A DNA stretch of 32,640 nucleotides from Candidatus Pacearchaeota archaeon (GTDB taxonomy: Archaea; Nanobdellota; Nanobdellia; Pacearchaeales; GW2011-AR1), in contig VGKP01000009.1 of assembly GCA_016866975.1 (NCBI GenBank), forward strand, positions 1 through 32,640. Direction: 5' to 3'. Shown here piece after piece: positions 25,487 through 32,640 of the stretch. A program made the translations under genes and the position numbers. Under the pieces are notes generated by a model that was not told where the DNA came from, searched no databases, and saw nothing but the letters and a program-made list of their open reading frames with translations. The number at the start of each line of letters is the position of its first letter. The first letter of the stretch is position 1.

Positions 25487-26614
25487 TTACTTATTTGTTA
25501 CTAGACTGTCTAATTTTATAATCAATGTATTCCAATCAAATTCTTTTACTCTCTCAAAGCCATATTGTCGAATCTTGCTTATTTGTCTCTTGTCCTTGCC
25601 TAGAGTTATATTATCTAGTATATTTGCAAGCTCTTTAGGGTCTTTCTTATTGAAGATAAATCCATTCACTCTGTCCTTTATTATATCTTTTGATGCAGGG
25701 ATATTGCTGGAGATAACGACACGTTTTCGTGCAAGGGCTTCGACGAGAACTTGCGGCATGCCTTCTGAAAGAGAAGGAAGGATGAACAAATAACCTTTGT
25801 CGATATGTGCGATCTGCTCTTTTGTGGAATAACGCTTGTCTGTTATGAGCACTCTCTTTTTGAGCTCTAGTTCGGAAATGAGCGAAAGTAATCTTTTTTT
25901 ATAGGCCGGTTCTGCTGGACCGAATATATGAAACCTAAGTGATTTGTTTTTTGTAAGCGCCAACGCTCGAATGACTATTTCAAGATTCTTTATAGGGGCT
26001 ATTCTTCCAGTATAAGATATTAATCTAGGGTCTCCTTCCTTGATAGGCTTCCTGAAAAACTCGTCTGAGATTCCATTTGGACTATAAACGATGTCTTCTT
26101 TCTTAAGGCCAAGCTTGTTCAAGTATGGAATTTCCCATTTACTGATTGCCAATACCTTGTCAAATTTTTTTATCGTAACTTTTCCCACAATATAATCATA
26201 TGCATTCACAATCCACCCTTCGTAGGCTTTTCTAGAATCTTCTCTATTGAATGGAGCATGCGTCACAAGAAATATTTTACATTTTATCTTTTTTGCCAGA
26301 TGAAGGGCCTGCAAAGTGTGAGTATGACGGTAAGAATGTACTATGATAAGATCCGGCCGAAGTTTTTTTGCTTCTTTGTAGAAATTCCAGTAGGTGAAAC
26401 TTTCCCCTCCAAGTTTGATAGCTGGGAATCTAATTACTTTTACACTTCCTATCTTTTGTCTTTCATTTATTACATTCCATGTGCCCTTTTCTCTGTTTGT
26501 TGTGAATACTGTCACATCGTGACCTAACTTTGATAGAAGCAATGATTCTCTCTTTACTCTTGCCCATACTCCACAACCGCCTGCTGAAAAAGTGCATATC
26601 TCTAGGATATTCAT
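25487..26614 (-). CDS. Glycosyltransferase family 4
   Basis: YTGRIAPIKN, FILPSLSEGMPQVLVEALA (E-x7-E), VNGFIF. Confidence 0.92.
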   Translation of the reverse strand: MNILEICTFSAGGCGVWARVKRESLLLSKLGHDVTVFTTNREKGTWNVINERQKIGSVKVIRFPAIKLGGESFTYWNFYKEAKKLRPDLIIVHSYRHTHTLQALHLAKKIKCKIFLVTHAPFNREDSRKAYEGWIVNAYDYIVGKVTIKKFDKVLAISKWEIPYLNKLGLKKEDIVYSPNGISDEFFRKPIKEGDPRLISYTGRIAPIKNLEIVIRALALTKNKSLRFHIFGPAEPAYKKRLLSLISELELKKRVLITDKRYSTKEQIAHIDKGYLFILPSLSEGMPQVLVEALARKRVVISSNIPASKDIIKDRVNGFIFNKKDPKELANILDNITLGKDKRQISKIRQYGFERVKEFDWNTLIIKLDSLVTNK

Positions 26615-26636
26615 AATATATCTACCTCAAACTTGC

Positions 26637-27581
26637 TTATAAATTATGGGCTTTAATTGAATCAAGTGTTTCCTTAAGGCCTTGCTCAAAAGTATATTTT
26701 GGAGTCCAGCCCAGCATTTCACGAGCTTTAGTTATATCGGCCAAGGTATTCTTAGGCTCAATGACTGCTGGGCCATGGAGTATGGGAACTTCACTCATTA
26801 ACAATCTTTTAAGAGTCTCTGCCACTTTTTTTACTGAGACATTATTGCAGTTGCCAATGTTGAAAGCCTCTCCTATTGCTGAGAGATTATTTGTCTTTGC
26901 GGCCAGGAGATTTGCCTCTGCAACATCCTTGACGAAAGTAAAATCCCTTGTTTGATTACCATCTCCATTTATGATTGGGGAGACTCCTGAAATGAATTTT
27001 AAGGCAAATTTAGGGATCAAACAGGCGTAGTCCCCTGCAGGATTTTGCCTTGGACCAAATACATTAAAATACCTTAGCGAGATAGTTTCGAGTCCATAAA
27101 GTTGAGTAAAAAGTTTGCAGTAATATTCGCCTACAAGTTTGTGCAGAGCATAAGGAGATATAGGATTTGGATGCATGGACTCTTTATATGGCAGTGTTGG
27201 CTGGTCTCCGTAAACAGAAGAGCTTGATGTGAAAATAAATCTTCTGACACCATATTTTTTAGATGCTGAAAGGATGTTCAATGTGCCATTGACATTGGCA
27301 TGATGCGTCTCTTGAGGATTTTTTATAGAGAATTGCACCCTAGGAAGAGCGGCAAGGTGGAAGACATATTCTGGTTTCTCTTTCTCAAATATATCCTCCA
27401 TGTTCTCTGTAATACTTCTCTTATAAAAAACAAACTTTGGATTGTTCATCAAGTGCAGGATATTTTGGTTCTCATTCAAGGATAAATTGTCAAGCGCTAT
27501 CACTGTATGGCCTTCTTGGACAAGCCTGTCTACAACATGACTTCCGATAAAACCTGCCCCTCCAGTAACAAGACATTTCAT
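26637..27581 (-). CDS. NAD-dependent nucleotide-sugar epimerase/dehydratase (GalE/WbpP-like)
   Basis: VTGGAGFIGSH, TSSSSVYG, YALHK (YxxxK), RYFNVFGPRQ; start set at MKCLV. Confidence 0.93.
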   Translation of the reverse strand: MKCLVTGGAGFIGSHVVDRLVQEGHTVIALDNLSLNENQNILHLMNNPKFVFYKRSITENMEDIFEKEKPEYVFHLAALPRVQFSIKNPQETHHANVNGTLNILSASKKYGVRRFIFTSSSSVYGDQPTLPYKESMHPNPISPYALHKLVGEYYCKLFTQLYGLETISLRYFNVFGPRQNPAGDYACLIPKFALKFISGVSPIINGDGNQTRDFTFVKDVAEANLLAAKTNNLSAIGEAFNIGNCNNVSVKKVAETLKRLLMSEVPILHGPAVIEPKNTLADITKAREMLGWTPKYTFEQGLKETLDSIKAHNL

Positions 27582-27640
27582 AATAATTCTTTGCTTTCTG
27601 GGTTTAAAAGGATTAAGAAAGAATACTATTGATAATGGTT

Positions 27641-28153
27641 CTATGGCCTCATCCAACGAATCTCATAATAACTAACATCTCCTTCGTCGTCAACAATAGC
27701 TATAAGAAGATTTTTCTTGGTCGCATGAGCTACTCTGTTTTTGGCAGCGAAATCGTGCCAGTTTGAGGACTCGTGTTCACTTGCTGTGTAAAGAATCCAT
27801 CTTGCATGATCTTCTCCGGGCTTGACGCCTTTCTCATATACTCTGAATTCTGCCCCAAATTTAAGAGCAGTCTTGACAATGTACCCTTTCTTCCTAAGAT
27901 CCGAGAAAGCAGATAGCTTGGTCTCTATCTTCTTGTCTTCCTTTCTTACTTTTACAAGCAAGCTCGAGAAAGATATACTCTTCTTGCCGGAATAGACATC
28001 CATCTTATTCTCTTTTACTAAGAACAATGCCTCTATAGGAGAATATTCTACATACTCTCCACTTTTCTCTCCAAAACATGAGCTATCCTGGAGGGTAAAG
28101 GCTTCCTGCGTGTTCGAGGTTATCTTTCTCCCGATAAAATGTGCTTGAATCAT
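27641..28153 (-). CDS. endA: tRNA splicing endonuclease, catalytic subunit
   Basis: DLRKKGYIVKTALKFGAEFRVY, catalytic Tyr/His/Lys in RVY..., EDHA, TKKNLL. Confidence 0.95.
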   Translation of the reverse strand: MIQAHFIGRKITSNTQEAFTLQDSSCFGEKSGEYVEYSPIEALFLVKENKMDVYSGKKSISFSSLLVKVRKEDKKIETKLSAFSDLRKKGYIVKTALKFGAEFRVYEKGVKPGEDHARWILYTASEHESSNWHDFAAKNRVAHATKKNLLIAIVDDEGDVSYYEIRWMRP

Positions 28154-28203
28154 AAAATATAATGGACAAGAGTATTTATAAATGCATTTTCCTTGTTTGT
28201 TTT

Positions 28204-29175
28204 ATGGGATTTGGCGAAGTTTTTGGAGAGAGCTGGAGAGATTATAAAGCTAATTTCAAAGAGATGTCTAAGGTCCAGCTCTTGTTCTATATACTTCCTT
28301 ATTTGGTTGTTACAGGCATCGTGATTTTTCTCTTCTACTCTATGGGTATATATGATGGGGTAAAGGACTTTTATACCCAAAGTATGTCAACATTGCAGGA
28401 AATAATTTCCCGGACGGTTATCGATCCTACATATTCTCCCCAGGATAGTGATATTACTGATCAATTGAGTATTTTTGTCACTAAATTATTATATGATTCC
28501 ATACCCTTTATATTAATAAGCTTATTTTTGGTAATCATAAGCTCGATTTTTGCATTATATGGATATTCAGGAATAATAACTTCTTCTGTAAAGAACAAGA
28601 AGTTCACTTTTTCAGATGCCATTTCTGAGGCTAGGAAGAATTTTGGGAAAATATTAGGGCTGTTTGCCTCCATATTTGCTATTTCTATAGTTTATTCTTT
28701 TGTTCTTATTCTTTTAGTTAGCCTGCTTCGCCCTATAGGGCTTGTCCTAGTGCTGCCATGGATTATCATCGCCGTATGGGTAGGCATTAGCTGGTCGTTC
28801 TCATTGATGTTTATAGTAGCTGAGGGCAAGGGAGTTTTCAAGTCTCTCGCATCAAGCTGGGCTTTTGTAAAAGGCAGATGGTGGAAGACTTTTGGATATA
28901 TTCTCCTATTCTGCCTGATAACATTGGCTTTCAGCATAGTAATGGGGAGAGTAAAATGGATTTTACAGGTTATTGTCCTTAATTCTTATGGATTGCCTCA
29001 GACCTTGGATCTTTACGAAATCTTTTACCTTACATTTGATGAAGTCTTTAATTATCTGGCGATAAAGGAGACTGTAGAAACTCTGATAAAACTGATATAT
29101 AACTTCCTTATTATTCCATTGAATATTCTGTTCCTAAAGAATCTTTACGTTACTTGGAAAAAGCAGAGGAAATAG
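28204..29175 (+). CDS. Multi-pass membrane protein with KGRWWKTFG motif
   Basis: About 6 hydrophobic helices; SLASSWAFVKGRWWK; ATG 28204 preferred. Confidence 0.75.
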   Translation: MGFGEVFGESWRDYKANFKEMSKVQLLFYILPYLVVTGIVIFLFYSMGIYDGVKDFYTQSMSTLQEIISRTVIDPTYSPQDSDITDQLSIFVTKLLYDSIPFILISLFLVIISSIFALYGYSGIITSSVKNKKFTFSDAISEARKNFGKILGLFASIFAISIVYSFVLILLVSLLRPIGLVLVLPWIIIAVWVGISWSFSLMFIVAEGKGVFKSLASSWAFVKGRWWKTFGYILLFCLITLAFSIVMGRVKWILQVIVLNSYGLPQTLDLYEIFYLTFDEVFNYLAIKETVETLIKLIYNFLIIPLNILFLKNLYVTWKKQRK

Positions 29176-29213
29176 TTAGGAAGATTTAAAAGAAGCATCT
29201 GATTTTAAACACA

Positions 29214-29567
29214 ATGGTTGATTATGGAGATTTTGAGGAAGTCGTTGAAGGCAAGCAGATTACAACGCAAGAAGGGGAAGTAATAGCAAGAGCTAGGATG
29301 CCTCAAAAAGGAGAATATATAGGAGTCATTGTACAGAGGTTAGGGGGGAACAGGATGGAAGTACATACTACTGACGGGAAGACTCGCAATTGCAGGGTTC
29401 CTGGAAGGTTCAAAAGGACTTTGTGGCTCCGCCCGAAAGATGTTGTCTTGATAACGCCCTGGACAGATGACGATTCCAAAGGAGATGTCATATTCAAATA
29501 TAACTCTTCTGCAATAAACCAGCTTAGGAAGAAAGGAATACTGGACAGCCTCAAAAGTGATTTCTGA
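29214..29567 (+). CDS. eif1A: Translation initiation factor aIF-1A
   Basis: GVIVQRLGGNRMEV...DGKTRNCRVPGRFKRTLW...KGDVIFKY. Confidence 0.96.
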   Translation: MVDYGDFEEVVEGKQITTQEGEVIARARMPQKGEYIGVIVQRLGGNRMEVHTTDGKTRNCRVPGRFKRTLWLRPKDVVLITPWTDDDSKGDVIFKYNSSAINQLRKKGILDSLKSDF

Positions 29568-29757
29568 AAATGAAAACATTGAAGTTATACAAGAGGAGCA
29601 TTGAAACCTCTACGAAAGTGAAAGTGATTCGGTTTGAGCTTATCGAAGTGTTTAAATAGATAACTTAATTAGAGGTTATATGCTTCAGAATTTGCTCGCT
29701 TTTAGACTTGAATTGTTTCTCCTCTTGTGAGGAAACACTTATAATCTAAGTTTTTCT

Positions 29758-32277
29758 ATGAACACCATGATCAAAAAAAATTCTAAAAAAAATATGAAAA
29801 ATTCTGAAAAATCAAAGACTGAGATAGATTTCTCTGCTATGGAGCAGAAATGGCAGAAGAGATGGGAGAGGGATAAAGTATTTGAGGCGGAAGAAGACAA
29901 AGGTAAAAAGTTTTATGTCTTGGAAATGTATCCTTATCCTTCTGGAAGCGGTCTTCACATAGGACATGCATTCAATTATGTGATTGGCGATATTCTAGCT
30001 AGATTCAAGAGAATGAAAGGATTCAATGTACTTCATCCCATGGGGTATGATTCATTTGGATTGCCTGCAGAAAACGCTGCGATAAAAAGCAAGTCTCATC
30101 CTAGGATATTCACCGATGAAGCCATATCAAATTTCATCAGACAACAGATATCTCTTGGGCTGACATATGATTGGAGAAGAAAATTGCAGAGCCATGACCC
30201 TGAGTATTATAGGTGGAACCAATTCTTTTTCTTAGAGTTTCTAAAAAAAGGGCTTGTGTATCGCAAAAAATCCTCTGTAAACTGGTGCAAGGATTGCAGT
30301 ACTGTCCTGGCCAATGAACAAGTGCATCAAGGATTTTGCTGGAGACATAATTCAACTCCTGTCGAGGTCAAGCAACTTGAACAATGGTTCTTGAAAACGA
30401 CTGCTTATGCAGATGAACTACTAAAGTGCGTAGATGGATTGAACTGGCCTGAAAGGATAAAAGCTATGCAAAGAAATTGGATAGGGAAAAGTGAAGGCTC
30501 TGAAGTCATCTTTGAAGTCAACGGGCAAAATTGGGAAGTATTCACAACCCGCGCAGACACGCTGATGGGAGTCACTTTTCTGGTAGTTTCTGCACAGCAT
30601 CCAAAGTTAGACCAGTTAGTCACTAAAGATAAAAGGAAAGAAGTAGACGACTTTCTTAAGAAGCTAAGATCTACAAAACAGGAAGATATAGACCAGATGG
30701 AGAAAGAAGGAGTGTTTACAGGAAGTTATGCAAAACATCCTTTGATAGGAGAAAAAATCCCGATATGGGTAGGAAATTTCGTAGTTGCCGATTATGGGAG
30801 TGGGATGGTAATGGCAGTGCCGGCACATGACCAAAGGGATTTTGAATTTGCTAAGAAGTATGGTTTGCCCATTAAAGAGGTAGTGATGCCTGTTGAGGGA
30901 AGAAAAATTGAAAATCGATTAATAAAAGCATTTACTGAATATGGAAAATTGATTAATTCCAGTAAATTTGATGGATTAGATAGTTTAGGAGCAAGGAAGA
31001 AAATAACTGATGAACTGGCTAGAGTAAAAAAGGGAAGGTCTTCCATACAGTATAAGTTAAGAGACTGGCTTGTCTCCCGACAACGATATTGGGGAACTCC
31101 AATACCTATCGTATATTGTGATGATTGCGGAGCGGTTTCTGTGCCTGAGAAAGATCTTCCTGTGCTATTGCCAGAAAAAGTCAAGTTTGGAGAGGGGAAT
31201 CCACTTGCCACGAGCAAAGAGTTTTTAGAAACGAAGTGTCCAAAATGTGGAAATAAAGCTAGGAGAGAGACAGACACAATGGACACTTTTTTCGACTCAA
31301 GCTGGTATTATCTGAGATTTACTGACAATATGAACAAAAAAGAGCCCTTCTCAAAGAAAAAGGCGGCCTATTGGATGCCTGTAGATTTCTATGTAGGGGG
31401 TGCTGAGCATGCATGTATGCACTTGATTTATGCAAGGTTTTTCACAAAAGCGCTGAGGGATTTTGGGTACTTGAATTTTGATGAGCCATTTCCAAGATTA
31501 TACAATCAAGGGATGATCCATGGAGAAGATTGGCATGTCATGTCAAAATCAATTGGAAATGTAGTCGATCCTCTTGATGCTTCCTCTAAGTATGGAGTGG
31601 ATGCGCTCAGAATGTTTCTTGTATCAATGGCTAGCCCGGACAAGGATACAAACTGGAACCAGAATGGATTAGAAAGTGTATCAAAACTTATCAAGAGCAT
31701 GGTGCACTATGCACATACTGTCAAATTTGGGAATTCCAGCAAAAGAATAGAGAGCAAGATACATTCTACTCTCAAGTCAGTTAGTGAGCAGATAGAAGGG
31801 CTAAAGTATAATTCGGCAGTAATACAGATAAGAGCTTTATTCGAATCTTTTGAACCTGAGATAAGCAAGAAAGATTTCCAGATTTTCTTAAAGATGATAT
31901 CTCCATTCTGTCCTCATTTAGCAGAAGAACTGTGGGAAAAGATAGGAGGGAAAGGATTTATCTCTCTGGCAGAATGGCCAAAGGTTGATGAGGGCAAGAT
32001 TGACCTTAAACTTGAGGAAGCTGAAAAAGCAGTTGAAAAAACGGTTTCGGATATCATTAATGTGCTGAATCTCGTGAAAGAAAAACAGGGAAAGGAAGCT
32101 GAGAAAGTGTATCTGTATGTGATTCCAAATGAAATAGAAGGATATGATTCCACTATTCTAAGCCGTAGGGTAAACAAAGAAGTCGTTGTATATGCCGTAA
32201 ATGATAAACAGAAATATGATCCAAGTGGGAAGGCAGGAAAGTCAAAACCTGGGAAGCCAGGGATTTATGTTGAGTAA
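29758..32277 (+). CDS. leuS: Leucyl-tRNA synthetase (bacterial-type core)
   Basis: EMYPYPSGSGLHIGH, PMGYDSFGLPAENAA, CP1 editing TTRADT and GSGMVMAVPAHDQRD, GGAEHACMHL, VMSKS. Confidence 0.97.
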   Translation: MNTMIKKNSKKNMKNSEKSKTEIDFSAMEQKWQKRWERDKVFEAEEDKGKKFYVLEMYPYPSGSGLHIGHAFNYVIGDILARFKRMKGFNVLHPMGYDSFGLPAENAAIKSKSHPRIFTDEAISNFIRQQISLGLTYDWRRKLQSHDPEYYRWNQFFFLEFLKKGLVYRKKSSVNWCKDCSTVLANEQVHQGFCWRHNSTPVEVKQLEQWFLKTTAYADELLKCVDGLNWPERIKAMQRNWIGKSEGSEVIFEVNGQNWEVFTTRADTLMGVTFLVVSAQHPKLDQLVTKDKRKEVDDFLKKLRSTKQEDIDQMEKEGVFTGSYAKHPLIGEKIPIWVGNFVVADYGSGMVMAVPAHDQRDFEFAKKYGLPIKEVVMPVEGRKIENRLIKAFTEYGKLINSSKFDGLDSLGARKKITDELARVKKGRSSIQYKLRDWLVSRQRYWGTPIPIVYCDDCGAVSVPEKDLPVLLPEKVKFGEGNPLATSKEFLETKCPKCGNKARRETDTMDTFFDSSWYYLRFTDNMNKKEPFSKKKAAYWMPVDFYVGGAEHACMHLIYARFFTKALRDFGYLNFDEPFPRLYNQGMIHGEDWHVMSKSIGNVVDPLDASSKYGVDALRMFLVSMASPDKDTNWNQNGLESVSKLIKSMVHYAHTVKFGNSSKRIESKIHSTLKSVSEQIEGLKYNSAVIQIRALFESFEPEISKKDFQIFLKMISPFCPHLAEELWEKIGGKGFISLAEWPKVDEGKIDLKLEEAEKAVEKTVSDIINVLNLVKEKQGKEAEKVYLYVIPNEIEGYDSTILSRRVNKEVVVYAVNDKQKYDPSGKAGKSKPGKPGIYVE

Positions 32278-32400
32278 ATGTAGGTTAAAACGATATATCT
32301 TCAAGTTTTATATTTTGCCCTAAGATTTCAGTCTCAGTAATCATTATAAAGGTCTTTTTACTCTAGTTTTAAGGTTATTTAGCCTTTAACCTACAAAAAG

Positions 32401-32583
32401 ATGGTGTATAAGAAGTATATCAAAAAAGATGGAAAGAGATACGGGCCTTATTATTATGAAAGCGAGAGAATAGGAGATAAAGTGATGACTAAGTATTTGT
32501 CTAAACCTCCTTCTTTATTTTTGGTTAATACCCCGTGGTCTTGCCACGGGGATAAAGCGTCCAGCAAAAATATAAACGCTTAG
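32401..32583 (+). CDS. Short ORF with basic/aromatic N-terminus (KRYGPYYYESERIG); 3' part runs through a palindrome
   Basis: ORF track; codons 43-52 overlap the hairpin at 32531-32551. Confidence 0.5.
   Translation: MVYKKYIKKDGKRYGPYYYESERIGDKVMTKYLSKPPSLFLVNTPWSCHGDKASSKNINA
32531..32551. repeat. Perfect 8-bp hairpin resembling IS200/IS605 subterminal or REP hairpins
   Basis: CCCCGTGG-TCTTG-CCACGGGG, followed by a second stem AAGCGT...ACGCTT. Confidence 0.65.
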
Positions 32584-32640
32584 AACTTCGCTGATGCATG
32601 GAAGAAAACGAGTTAAATAAGTCTGCCCACAAGGTGTTCA

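Noticed and set aside
61-32177. Numerous 60-160 aa ORFs antisense to or nested in well-supported genes
   Set aside because: They lack motifs, have atypical composition, and are fully explained as shadow frames

Overview
Archaeal chromosomal window, inferred to be DPANN (Pacearchaeota/Nanoarchaeota-like). Evidence: TFB, ribosomal S8e and S17e, aIF-1A, an Sm protein, EndA, archaeal-type GlyRS, TTTAAATA promoters about 21-23 nt before starts, and five tRNAs without encoded CCA, two with introns. Accessory genes include a split-transketolase/FAD-oxidase/glycerate-kinase operon, RNase Z with two small nucleotidyltransferases, a ZIP transporter, MinD, HIT and GT4/epimerase genes. The main discovery is a family of modular nested-hairpin elements with covarying stems. 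Two 120-nt copies sit in-frame and in the same orientation inside protein genes: a nikR that the ORF track only shows as a fragment, and a 92-aa hypothetical gene. Each copy carries one TGA, and removing exactly 120 nt restores an otherwise intact gene. Related modules occur between genes and inside the 99-nt tRNA(CAT) intron. Other notable items are a bacterial sigma70-like gene abutting tfb, a perfect 86-bp tandem array of the tRNA-Arg 3' end, and an apparently chimeric LeuRS. No transposase or CRISPR array is visible. All family assignments come from motif recognition, without database searches.
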